Of a DNA stretch of 64,000 nt, positions 1-11,763 are shown in pieces. Origin of the DNA: Saccostrea echinata. Taxonomy: Eukaryota. A program made the translations under genes and the position numbers. The stretch covers positions 41,974,001 to 42,038,000 of the forward strand of contig NW_026889778.1 of assembly GCF_033153115.1 (NCBI RefSeq). Direction: 5' to 3'. The notes below the pieces were generated by a model. That model was not told the DNA's origin, did not search any database, and saw only the letters and a program-made list of their open reading frames with translations. Position 1 is the first letter of the stretch; each line of letters begins with the position of its first letter.

Positions 1-71
1 TCATATATGTAATTCTCGGACATTGTGAGGTGGATGATATAGTTTCTGAACTGTTATCTACTGCAGCACAC
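1..71 (-). CDS. Probable plexin internal exon (C-terminal part of a PSI domain), running off the window edge
   Basis: Acceptor ttatag|G at 72/71; reads (x)CAAVDNSSETISSTSQCPRITYM, with the CP-x-I ending typical of plexin PSI repeats; same strand and downstream of the Sema exons. Confidence 0.6.
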
Positions 72-324
72 CTATAAGATAATTCAATGTTTTACTCTTT
101 CTTGGTAAACTGTATTTTGTTGAAAGAATGTTTGTTCTTTATTTGCCTTTAAGATTGAAGTTTTTTGTGTACTAAAAGTATACTCTTTGCTTTCAAATTT
201 ATTTGAAAGGCAAACTTTTGCAGAGGACATGAATGTTTGTACGACACCACATTGCCAAACATTTTAAGCACAGATTAAAAGATAACATAAATCTTGTAAA
301 GCTCTACGCAAGAACATTTGGGAC

Positions 325-620
325 ATGCAATTGTTTCTTCTTATGTTAGAAACATCATGTTGTTTGCACAACTTTTGTCGTAATTATCTCGTTTGCACGA
401 CTTAACTGTATTGCACAACGTATTGTTTCGTTCACATGAGTTCACACGACGGGTACTGTCTTGTATGCTCGAAGTGCTGTGTATTATTTCGCTTGCAGGA
501 GATGTTCTTATCTCTTTTGTACGATTTATTATTTTTTGAACGGATTTTTTTCTTGTTAGCACTAGATATTATGTAGTTTGCAAGACATATTATCTCTCAT
601 ACGCACAACAATTTTCTCAT
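325..620. repeat. Degenerate repeat with iterated tcgtNNgcacga-like units
   Basis: Repeated tcgtttgcacga / tcgttcacatga / tcgcttgcagga / tcatacgcacaa. Confidence 0.45.
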
Positions 621-1008
621 TTTCTTATAGTTTTCTGAACTTTTTAATCTTTGCGGTCAATATCTAATTAATTATATAAGAACTGTAACTCTCATATGAA
701 ATTTCCTTGTGTAATTGAAATGCAAATCAATCGCAAAACTAAGTGATGAAGATGGTTTCATTTTTTTTAAGCATTCAAACTGCTAGCGACTTTCAATGTT
801 CAATGGTGGAGTTTTTGATTGCATTTAATACTGATCATTCATAGTGTGAACCATACTTTCTGAAATGACTAATACCTTGTACCATTGAATGGGGTCGTAA
901 AGGGTTTTTTAAAGAATATTTTCAAAAGCATATAAGGAAGGGGGCAAGGGGGTCCAAATACGAGAGTGTTAGCCATTTTAAACAGAAACTATGGTCGATG
1001 TTCTCAAC

Positions 1009-1405
1009 AATGACTTTTTTGTTTGCAGATATCCTTTCCGTGCCCGAGTTTTGAAGGGTGAAAGTTTAAAAATAGCAATTTCCTTTCGTAAATGCTACAT
1101 TATACTTTCAGATATTACCACACAGTACAATCTTGTTTTATCCATACCAGCAAACTACCGAAAATAACAAATTAAATGTTATTTATGGTAGGTGGTATTT
1201 ACTTCTGAAAGTAATGTTCGCGATGCAGCTTCAAAGGATTTCATTAATAGCGTCTTTCTAATGACATTTAAGAGTAGTAATACAACTTTCAGAATTAACA
1301 TATTTATTACTTTTTCCCTTTTGTCCTCTACTATCTGTCTCCATTATCAAATATGATAAAACTCGGGCACGGAAAGGATATCTACAAACAACAAATTAAG
1401 TCATT
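1009..1405. mobile_element. MITE-like element with ~45-bp inverted ends
   Basis: aatgact..tttgtttgcagatatcctttccgtgcccgagtttt (1009-1052) is inverted at aaaactcgggcacggaaaggatatctacaaacaa..agtcatt (1358-1405). Confidence 0.7.
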
Positions 1406-2060
1406 TCAGAAGGGAGTTCTAAAGATCCGATCTTATTGATAAAATCAGTAGTGTCCTTGATGTAGGTTGATTGTTTTTTATGATGGTAATAAGAAAGTAG
1501 TCACCATATGCCCCATTTTTTTTTTACACCTAAATCAAGGACATTACTGATTTATCAATAAGATCGATTCTTTAGAACTCCCTTCTGATGCCGAAGAAAA
1601 CATTTTACAGGATTTCAAGGGGCATCTTTTAAAGAGAGGCTATTCTAATGAAGAAATTAACCCAATAGTTGAAGAAACAACACAAAGAGAAAGACAACTC
1701 TTTTTAAAAAAAAAATAGAGAAAAAACAAATCTTAGCCATCCACAAGTCATGGTTTCATAGTTTGACTCCCGCGTCAAAGGATTGAAAAACGCATTATAA
1801 AGTATTGGAATATATTAAAAACAGACCCAACATGCAAGAACTTATTCATATAGGAACCTATCATAGCACATAGTAAGCATAAAAATATAAGCGATCCGTT
1901 GATAAAATCCAGTTTACAATAAGTATGGAATCTCTAAAATGGGACCCTGATGAGGCATATTTTGTCGACGAAACACTCCACAGCTACCATTATAACTATC
2001 ATTGTGATCAAAATAATATAATCTTAATTCAATTAAAGTGTTTAGATTGTCGGGTCCTAA
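1406..2060 (+). mobile_element. Penelope-like retroelement remnant with 5' inversion and internal deletion
   Basis: RT motif TYIKDTTDFINKI (inverted arm 1406-1467, direct arm 1528-1588); thumb/linker motifs FKGHLLKRGYS, KYWNILKTDP, P.IAHSKHKNISD.LIKS; stops and frameshift. Confidence 0.85.
1942..2057 (+). ncRNA. Candidate (probably degenerate) type I hammerhead ribozyme
   Basis: ggacc-CTGATGA-ggcatattttgtcgac-GAAA-ca ... tGTC-gggtcc, immediately 3' of a Penelope ORF stop. Confidence 0.5.
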
Positions 2061-2489
2061 TAACTTATTATCAAGTCTGGTTGACTGATGCCGTTTATTG
2101 ATAACCAATAAGTAAATAAATATACGGAAAATTATCTCGTGGAATCGGAAAATGATTCATGTAAACTAGATAAAATCTCATGTGAACGACGCGCGTCATG
2201 CGAACGATATCGTATTCTGCAACAGAGGAGAGAGAAGAAAATACGTGTATACCCCATAAAAGCCAATTAAGCTTGTCTGTAAGAAAAAGGCTTATGTAAT
2301 TTCCTTTCCAAAAATAAATTTGATTATTGCAAATGTCATTATTTTGATACATTGAGAACATGAGTGAGTTATGACGCAATGCCCCAGCAAGTACGCAAGT
2401 GCTTTCACATCACTTCCCCCACAGTTATATAGGATTTGGAATAGAAATCACATGGCTTGCTGGAAAAATTCATACCCAATCATAAAACG

Positions 2490-2735
2490 GGAGAGGACGT
2501 TTTAAAAAAAAATTCAGGCAGAAATTAGCGTTTTTAACGTTGAAATTCGGAAACTGTAACTATTTTCATGTACATTTAAATCCAGCTTTTGTAAATGCTG
2601 GAAATTCATAAGTTTTCTGGATCTTAGTCCTAGGATCCCACAAAGGCTTCTCCCTGATCTCAATGGGGTCATCAAGGTCGCCCGGAAACCCCTTTTAATA
2701 TGCTTTCACATCATGCACTTTCTAGGCAGCCAACT
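2490..2735. mobile_element. Degenerate relative of the hAT-like MITEs at 26936/27478
   Basis: cccacaaaggcttctccctgatctcaatggggtcatcaaggtcgcccggaaacccc resembles cccaccagggcttcgccctggacccactgagggccttatggcggcccccaaacccc. Confidence 0.5.
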
Positions 2736-3500
2736 GATTAGGGTATGGTTGATACCTACTTGCCGAATTATATTCACCTAAATGACCTTTAAAACAGTGT
2801 TACCATGGGAATACAATTACACTAGAAAAACAAAAGTTGGAAGAAGTAGGGAGATGAAATTAAATGCTTTCTGTTAGAGCGAGCTCGTAACTATATAATA
2901 AGGATCATGAGTAGAATATATAAATACATGTATATTATTTACTTTTTTTACATTCCATGATTGGCGAAAATAGAAAAAATAAAAACAAAATATGACAAAT
3001 TAAGACAAATAAAAGATCAATATCAAACAAATGATTTTCTTACTTGTATGACTCTGAGTTCCATTTACAATATTGGTCAGCCACACACTTTTCACAAAGA
3101 ACTTTATATTCACAATTTTCCACATCCATTTTAATAAGCTGAAGAGAACATTTTTTCTGTCAATGTAATATGTATATGTATATGTCTGGATGCAATCGAT
3201 TGCCAAGCATGACTTATCAAGAGAAATAATGCATTGCAGAAGAAAGCAAAGTTAACGAAATCATGCTTTTTGACATATTGGTCATACATAAGTTCATTTC
3301 AACAAGTAATGATGAGCAATGTCTAAAATATGTTAATCATGATACATGTCTTGATTTTCATCCAGTAACACTTATCACTGAAAATAATTAATAACTTTAA
3401 CATTAGAAAAAGTATTCGTTTAATATTGCTTTAAACAAAAGTGGATTTAAATCAAATTAAATATTGAGACACCTACAAATTGAGATTAAAAACCACACAC

Positions 3501-3629
3501 ATTTTTTGGAGTGAGCACATATAGTGTATCTTGATTGTTACCAACAACTGTAAATTTTAAGATAGGTATTCCAATATCTAAAGCTACTTCGTCATATTCT
3601 TTTACAATCGAACTTGTTTGAATCCTGAT
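3501..3629 (-). CDS. Plexin-like gene, coding exon 3 (end of Sema domain)
   Basis: tttttacag| acceptor, AAT|gtgtgt donor, 129 nt, phase 0/0; IRIQTSSIVKEYDEVALDIGIPILKFTVVGNNQDTLYVLTPKN matches the plexin last blade (LYV.T...V). Confidence 0.85.
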
Positions 3630-3738
3630 CTGTAAAAATGAATAAATTTTTTACAAGGTTGTAGGTACTTTTGAAAAGAACACATGACAATGTTTTTTTA
3701 ATAAGCAAAAAAAAAAAAAAACTTTTGGAGGATTCTAC

Positions 3739-3924
3739 CTTCTTTATTTTCCCTGAGCTAGTTCCGACAAATGCTACACTGTGACCAGTTGATGTGGTGG
3801 TTACCATGAGCGAAGAAGCAGTGATATCTAACGAGATAACTCCTGTAGATGAAACAGGTTCTGGGCCATCTATAGGATTGTTAATGTCGTACTCACCACA
3901 ATAATCATCTCCAATGTTTATTCT
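3739..3924 (-). CDS. Plexin-like gene, coding exon 2 (Sema domain)
   Basis: ctttttctctag| acceptor, AAG|gtagaa donor, 186 nt; RINIGDDYCGEYDINNPIDGPEP...GHSVAFVGTSSGKIKK matches plexin DDFCG..N.P..G and TVAF.GT..G.LKK motifs. Confidence 0.92.
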
Positions 3925-4113
3925 CTAGAGAAAAAGAATTCCATATAAATGTAGTAAGTACATGAAAGTTAATGAGAATTCAGTATAATTTTCACCTTGC
4001 GACTAGATAAAACCAAATTATAGATTTCACTTTCATTTAGTTAATGATTTTTCTGCATGTTTCAAATAGACTGAATAGTTATTGATTGATCTCAAAAAGG
4101 ATAAGGTACTTAC

Positions 4114-5235
4114 TGTCAGGAAACAGGGAGAATCAAAAATGCCAAAATGATCCGGTCCAGTTGTCCCAATACCTTGGAAACATTTCTGTGTATTACGAGT
4201 AAACACTTGTTTTATGTTATTATTTGGAAAGATACACAAGACAGACTCTTCAATACTGCTTGTAAGATCATCTGGATTACCGTACCTAAACATACCGAAC
4301 AAAACATCTTCACTTTCCGGTATCCCGAATTCCTTGGCTAAATAACGACCAGGTTTACTCAAATGCGCAGTCTCTATCAAATTATATAATTTTCCACTAT
4401 ATACACAATTTAATGCTGTTTCAGCATATGAAAGAAACTTGTCGTCAAATTGACATACACGTATTATTTTAGACACATACTCCTTTGATGTCACTTGCAA
4501 CTTTTGAATTGTTATCATATAGCTGAAATTTCCCGATCCAAAGCCATATATGTATCGAATGGGAAATGCATCCCTATACATTTCTTGAACCATTTTGTAT
4601 GATTTCTCTACTATACCGGGGTTTATGACCTGAAAGTCAGCAGTGTTTCTACTGCTAAATGCAGGTACAAGATCGCGAAATCTCCTCAATCCTGTGTTAG
4701 TCTGAGATGCCCCAACATACATAGCTGTGGTATCTTTGGGTCCTGGTGCCAGGAAGGCAACAGTGGTGGCTGTCTTATTATTAGCTACAACTGGGATTAT
4801 TAACTTTCGATTTGAAACAGGAAGCAGTTCCAATGTTGAGACACTCCTCTTTCTACAGGTCCCTTGAAATAAGCTTGTGCAAATAATAAGCTCGTCATCC
4901 TTGGGTTGCCTTTGCTTGTTAATCAGTAGCACTTTAATGTGACTATCGTACATTGATTTTGAACAGTTTTCATTTTTAATGTCGAAACAGTAGGGATTAT
5001 CTAGTTCTGGCCCAATTTTTCGAGCCAGTTTGATGCTTAAGTTTTTAGCAAATACTAGATAAATAAAGTTTGTTCCACCCACGATAACAGTCTTAGAATC
5101 ATACGCTAACATGTGAGTGAAATCATACTGCTTATTCGGATTTTGCAATATTTCCGTGATTGGTGATATCGTCTTAAGGGACGAAGAAAAATATCTTTGT
5201 AAGGTTAACAATATAACGATAATCATAGACTTCAT
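4114..5235 (-). CDS. Plexin-like gene, first large coding exon (signal peptide + Sema domain)
   Basis: Within 422-aa ORF 4033-5301; likely start MKSMIIVILLTL at 5235; plexin motifs LIICTSLFQGTC, PVVANNKTATTVAFLAPGP, YIYGFGSGNFSY, SKIIRVCQFDDKFLSYAETALNC, AHLSKPGRYLA, DVLFGMF; donor ACA|gtaagt at 4114/4113. Confidence 0.95.
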
Positions 5236-6528
5236 TTCCGTAGTAGATTTCAAAAACATATTTACCTTGCTGATAACTCCAATGTAATCTACAATTTTCA
5301 TAGATATATTTCAACCATCACAATATAAAAATCTTTTTTGAACAAAAATGTTATTTCCATATAGCAAGAATATTCCAAACTAGAAATTTTGATATGGCTA
5401 TTGCCAACAGTAAAATATTAATGCTTCAAGATTTATGTACATGTATATGGAGGCGGATACACATAAAATTTAGTACAGCATTTCACAATAACATTTTACA
5501 GCAACTTTTCTACACCCCCCCCCCCCCTAAAAAAATCCCTACATATTGACTAATTGGTTTTATCCATGGCAATAGCAACATATTTTGCTAAACCACTTTG
5601 CTATGATGCAAAGAAAGAAACAATCCTTAATAGTTAAAAAAAATATTTCTAGGCAGTTCACTGAGAAAAATGAAATTGAAAAATTATCTTCTTTCATCTT
5701 TTTTTTATGGCAAGGGTTGCCATTTTGAAATTTTAATATGTGGTCAGCTCAACTTGGTGATTCTATTTTCATAAAAATTGTCCATGCTGTCAAAGAGAAC
5801 GCTCGCTAACAAAATGATTAGGGCTAGCAATAAAAATATATCGCCTGTCTTCTTTTGGCTTAACATTATAATTAGGATTAAATATATCCTAAATGACATT
5901 TGATATAATAAAAATAGTTCTGGAAATAATTACCTTTAACTTTTCTTTAACATTCCAATAAAGTGTTGTCTTGCAAAAATTTTACTATAATTTTACTCAC
6001 ATTTTTCTTTACTCAACTTGATTCTTTACAGCAAAGCTTAACTTGTAAAAAAAAAAAAGCATCTCATTTTAAAGGAAGATCTACCTAAGAACACGCCCAA
6101 GTTTTGTAGGATAGTATTAAGTACTATGTATAACAAGGATGTTCGTAAATTACAAGTGATGTTAACAGAGACTCATTTATATTGCCTTTTTGAAGTTCAG
6201 AAAGAGTACTTGTCTTATTGAAAATAATTAACAAAGAACAAACCTAATTCACTACAGTGATAATTTTTATTTTACTCAAGATCATATACGTATATACCAC
6301 ACTGATTGTTCCTGTCCACATTGAATACTGAGATAGTGTTTTCTTGATGTGAAAAAAGCATCTCACGCATTTCTGCATTTAAGATTATCTGATGTAATTT
6401 TCATATTTGATCGACTTTTTTTTTTTTATCAAAATATCAAAACTTTACCTTAAATTTCCTTGCCAGTAGTTCTTTTCTTTTTAATATTTGGTAGATTTTT
6501 TACAGTACCCGCATCGTTATTCTTTACA

Positions 6529-6760
6529 GGATACACGATACGATAGGATACACGCACGATACGATAGGATAAACGCACGATACGATAGGATACATGCACG
6601 ATAGGACAGGATACACACACGATAGGATAAACGCAAAACATGATAAACGCAAAACATGATAAACGCAAAACACGATAAACGCAAAATACGATAAACGCAA
6701 AACACGATAGACCCGATAAACGATCTTCACGATAGGATAAACGCAAAACCTGATAGGATT
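6529..6760. repeat. Subterminal minisatellite arrays (~21-bp acgatacgataggatacacgc, then 16-bp aaacgcaaaacacgat)
   Basis: Visible tandem units. Confidence 0.9.
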
Positions 6761-8240
6761 GTTTTAAAATGCGAAACGTTTTTTGACAAGACGAAAAGTT
6801 TTCTTTTTGATATACTATAGTATGATAATTTTAATTACTTACAAAGCTGCAAATGGAAATGATAAAACATTTTAAATTTATCATGATAAAACATTTGAAG
6901 TAATTATGCTTTGTAAAAGATGTGGTGTTTTTCTCAATAAAATTGATCGTCATCAAATTCAAACTGTAATTATTTTAAGAAAAATTCCACTCTATAATGG
7001 AAATAAGCCGATTTTTTGTGTAATTATACAAATTCCTTCGAATCATTAAATTTGAATTTTGAGTCCGTAGACAAGCGAAGTTTTACACCCAAGTGCAATA
7101 AATTCATTAAACGCTATAAATATATTCAATATTTTAACAAATAAAACCTTATGGAATTCATAACAAACATTGATTATTTTTACGGAAAAACATGTAAAAA
7201 AAAAATGAAATATTTGAATTCAATATCTTTTGCTTGAAGTCTGCGAAGTATCCAAAATCGCCTTTAAAGTTTGTATTTAATAATTCAAATCTTAAAAAAA
7301 AATACTAGTCATAATTTTGGGGAGGGGGGAGATTGAAAAGTTATTGTTATAATTATTTTAAGGTTAATGCATTCTCCTCCAAGTTTTTTACGAATTTGAT
7401 TTATATTTTATATAAATTAATTAATTTTTTTACGTTTTAAAATTACTGAAATTGCTAGTTGCATTGAGACAGACTGTGCACTGGACTGTGAATAATTAAT
7501 CTCTCCTATATATAAATATATATGTCACACATATCCCGTGCACATAGAAATTATTTACATATTCCAAGTACATTCTAAGTACATACATTGTATATGTCTA
7601 TATGAGGAAGGAGACCTGCCAAAAAAAAAAAAATCGAATTTAATAAAATTAATAAACGTCACTAGATCTGTCATCATCTATTATCCGAAAAAATATCGCA
7701 TTTCCATTCTTTTGTATTTATTTTAGTATTTTTATAGGCCTGTAAGATTAAGCTAGAAGGGAGCATGCAGTCGTATAAATAAAAAAAAATGTTACAGTGT
7801 ACTGCTTATCAAAACATTTCTTTTTAGATCCCACCCCCTCCCCCCGGCCGCCCCCAAAGAAATGGTATTGCTTTCTTAGCGTGCTCGTGTGATGAGCATT
7901 TAAAATAACAGAATTTGTATCTACTATAGGTACGTGTAAACTAAGCTTACAATGTATATGAATATATTTATTGGGTACTTAAACTTTGTATTAAATAACA
8001 TTGAATGGTTACGTACACTTGTTTACAACATATTAGAACACACACAAAAAATAAATAATAAATTAATTTCCACAATTTGACAAGTGGAATTCGGATTGAA
8101 TAATTGTCAATTATTGCTATTAGACTTTGTAATAATTGTTACAAAACTTATCTTATATAGGACGACATCGGCAAAATTAGACAAAACTTTGTAAATTATG
8201 AAAGTCTTAACCCATTTGAGGCACAGTCAGCGGGGAAGGG

Positions 8241-8395
8241 NNNNNNNNNNNNNNNNNNNNNNNNNNNNNNNNNNNNNNNNNNNNNNNNNNNNNNNNNNNN
8301 NNNNNNNNNNNNNNNNNNNNNNNNNNNNNNNNNNNNNNNNNNNNNNNNNNNNNNNNNNNNNNNNNNNNNNNNNNNNNNNNNNNNNNNNNNNNNNN
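8241..8395. other. N gap (others at 24468-24613, 32468-32609, 44707-44848, 53532-53704, 55089-55244)
   Basis: Runs of N. Confidence 1.
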
Positions 8396-9298
8396 AGTCA
8401 CGTATTATATGCAATCGATAAACACGAATAAAATTAAATACAAGGTATTTACCAGTCTTGTGTATCACCGCAGAACCGGGCGATTTTTTTTTCATGTATC
8501 TTTGAGACGCCTTTACATGTAACAACGACAGACAACACAGAAAACCCTAAGATCCAGAAGTACCGCAAGTGCATTTTTTTTTTATTTGATCACACCAATC
8601 ATGTTTATGACTGTAAACCTATAAAAATTACATAAAAATATACAAATGAACTAAATCAACGGAGTTTGGAGGACAAACCTCGCCTATATTTTATTTGATT
8701 CAATTATTCAATTTTTAATCTGTAACGGAAGTGTAAAGGGGGAGTTTCGATAAGGCCGCTCAGCGGCCCACTTTTTTTTTATAAAAATAAATTTCAATTT
8801 ATTTTTTCAAAACTAGTTTAGAATTCAAGATAAATATGTTAACTTCTGTTATTTTTATTTCAAAAGTTAATATGAGATGAATTCACACCGTAGCTGATAC
8901 ATACTTAGATGTACCCTCAAATCCGTTAACATTAGGCTTATGGGAAAATATAAGAGGGTGACATTTATAAATCAATGTTTAGAATATGAAGTGCATGAGG
9001 GACACAGGCGTAAATTTGTTCAGTAATTAGATATACTCTGCACACTAATTTCTTGAAATATGATGAGTGTCGCGTGTGCACTTCATATCCAAAAATTGAA
9101 AATTGCATAAAATTTGCATATCTAAAATTAGAATCTCCTTGTTTCTTGATCTGACTGTGTATTAAAATACCAAGCCAAAAGAAGCATATTTTTTTAAATC
9201 AAAGAAGATTCTCGATTTTTTTAACAGTAGAAAACATTATTCTATCCTTTCTTCATTTCAATACTTTTTTGTCGCCAACGTATAACGTTAACGTCACA

Positions 9299-9790
9299 TT
9301 TTTAGCTCACCTCCTCGAAGTTGGGGGAGCTTTTGTATTACCGGCGGCATCCGTATTCCAGGTTAAAGTTTTTGAAGCAGATTTTTTTTTCAAGTTTATC
9401 TATGCCCTATATTAATCAGAGTCACCTGATCCAGCGTGTTTCCTTGTCACCAGTCAGGTTTCAGATGCTGAATTTTTAGCCAAAGAATGTCCAGGTAAAC
9501 GTTTTAAAAGCAGGTTTAAGTTTTCGGAGCAGAGCAGCTGTAAGCACTTGTTGACCAGACTTGCTTCAGGATGCATCTACGGATGCACACTACTAGATTG
9601 CTTCAGATGCTGGATATGACCTACATTTCCTTAATGAGTGAGCAGGTTAAAGATTTTGAAGCGGGTATCGTTCTTACGTAACTATAAGCTCTATCGTGAT
9701 AAAACTTGCACTGATGATGCATCTAGGATTGCTCAATACCAGACATGGTTCAGATGCTGGATCTTTCTTCCATTTTCCGACTGACTGAAC
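9299..9790 (+). mobile_element. Helentron/HINE-like element with internal tandem repeats
   Basis: Starts ttttagctcacc...gggggagct (short hairpin); units starting ggttaaagtttttgaagcag recur at ~9361, 9513 and 9644. Confidence 0.55.
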
Positions 9791-10300
9791 AAATATGTAT
9801 TTTCTTGTAAATAGAAATCCACGCTCCAACTTGCTAGAGAAGCGCCCATATATTTCCGTGTGGTTGATATAGCGAACGTGGATTGTTTTAAGTCTGGATG
9901 TCTAGGCGCATATGTCTGCCTGATTAAAGATTAAACACATATCTTTGGCGTTTACACATGTATTTTGAACTGCGCTCTGGTCTGGCAAATCATAAATAAT
10001 GAATTCTAAAACTCTCTAAATGCTCCCTAGAAGTGACTAGAGTTGGTGAAGCAACTTAATTATCTATGGAGAGTTTGGAAGCGAGAGGAAATTAGTCCTG
10101 GCTGATTTTCTCAGCTATGCTGAAAACATATAATTCTGTTCTGTGTGGGCAAATACTTCTGGGTTTCATAATGAAAAGGAAACACTCTATGTATTATAGA
10201 TTTTTCCATCATTTGGCTATTCACATATTACGTATAATGATAAAATATTTTTGACTGTAATTAATATTATTCATATTATCAAATACATTGCAATATACTG

Positions 10301-11763
10301 AAGCCGGTAGGTACTAGGTAAAAAAATGTATTATCTGGCGGCCGCCAGATAAGTTTCTAGCGCCTGCCATTGAAATATCTGGCGACCGCCAGATAAAATT
10401 GTAGTGTTTTTGCCAATCAAGTTGTAGCAACCAGTGATGTACCTTAATGTACTTGATTGACAGAGGTACACAGACCAGGTATTTTTGAAGGCGGTGCTTA
10501 AAATCTCTACCTTTAACGACATCTACAACTTCTGTTTGTAGTCAAATCTGGGAGTTTCATGCCTTATTAGCAAAGATCAAATCTACACTTTACACAAAAT
10601 TTCACTTCATAAGGTCTTCACCTCATAACTTTAAGGAGGTTTGATCCTGAGCTTTTGAGCAGATTTTGGTCTGGACCTTTATTTATAAAATTCTGCATCA
10701 TTTTTAAGTTCAAACATTAAATCTGAATTCTACAATGCAAATTAAACTATATCCAATGAAAAAACCGCGATTAAATTCCATTCAAAGAGGATTAAGCCAG
10801 GAACTATATTTTGTGGCGGAAGGTTTTTTGGGAGAAAATGATCATTTTGTCCCCTTTTGAAATATATACAGTACTGTGAAGTTTAGATTCTGATTTTTCC
10901 ACGCTGGTTGCACACAGAGCTGTTTTTTGCAGTGAAATGTTTTATGCTGGTTCTGAAATATCTATTAAATTATTTCTTATGAATTCTTTCATTATATTGT
11001 GACAAATGTAGTAAATATATTCTGAAACTCCAGGAAAAAATTTAGCCAGTTTTAACATAAAATTAACACTTTTTTAGTAATATCTAAAAATTTACATCAT
11101 AGACCCCCACTTTTGTTTTTATTTTCTGAATATATAAGATAACTTTGACCAATCTGCCTAAATTCAGAAAAAGTTTAAGATTTTAAAATAATTTTCTTGC
11201 TTGTTAAATTTTTAATGCCAGAAAAATCACATTTTTTGAGTGCAGAAAGGTCAAATAATTGATTATGCGAAGCAATTGGAAACTTTTCCTTAGTCACAAT
11301 TTTGAAGTGTCTTTTTTTAAATAGACTAATAGTTTAATTTGTCCCATGATTTATTTGGATAAAAACATTGGAGGGAAAACGTCGAAGATGTGATTTTTGA
11401 TTAAGACACATATTTCAGTGCAAAAAAGGTCATATTAAATGAACTGTAGCGCCAAAAGAAGCATATTGACCCCCATTTTTTGTTTTGATTTTTAATTAAG
11501 CTATGTGTGTAGAAACTAAAAACATACTTGACAAAAAAAGTTTAAGACTTTAAATATCAGGATCCAACCTCGTTAAATTTATGTTTTATTAGATTACATG
11601 TCTACACCACAAGAAACTTATTTGTCTGCTTCTAGTTATCTAGCTAGTTATAGGAAAACTATTTGGCACCCGCCAGATATATTTTTCTAGAGGCCGCCGA
11701 ATAATTATGTGGCGGCCGCCAGATAAAATATTTTCTTACCTTGCACCTAGAATGTACCGGCTT
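10301..11763. mobile_element. TIR element, possibly PIF/Harbinger-like (third level of nest)
   Basis: aagccggta...ctaggt...ttatctggcggccgccagataa at left, inverted tggcggccgccagataa...acctag..taccggctt at right. Confidence 0.7.
10635..11572. mobile_element. Kolobok-like non-autonomous element (innermost)
   Basis: TTAA on both sides; TIR GGAGGTTTGATCCTGA / TCAGGATCCAACCTCG (14/16 match). Confidence 0.75.

Noticed and set aside
195-280. Minus-strand frame LCLKCLAMWCRTN as the missing PSI exon
   Set aside because: Cys spacing does not fit CxWC and I found no suitable splice sites
5236-5301. N-terminal 22 aa and C-terminal VSTLSF... tail of the 422-aa ORF
   Set aside because: The signal peptide fits the Met at 5235 better; the tail (4113-4033) follows a consensus gtaagt donor and is intronic
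6450-6746. Cys/Arg/Tyr-rich ORFs here and at 13360-13695
   Set aside because: Translations of subterminal minisatellites, open in several frames
6529-6760. CRISPR-like appearance of the short repeat arrays
   Set aside because: Tandem units without unique spacers, no cas genes, eukaryotic context
8196-8525. ORFs containing X runs (also at 24.3, 32.4, 44.7, 53.5 and 55 kb)
   Set aside because: Artefacts of N gaps
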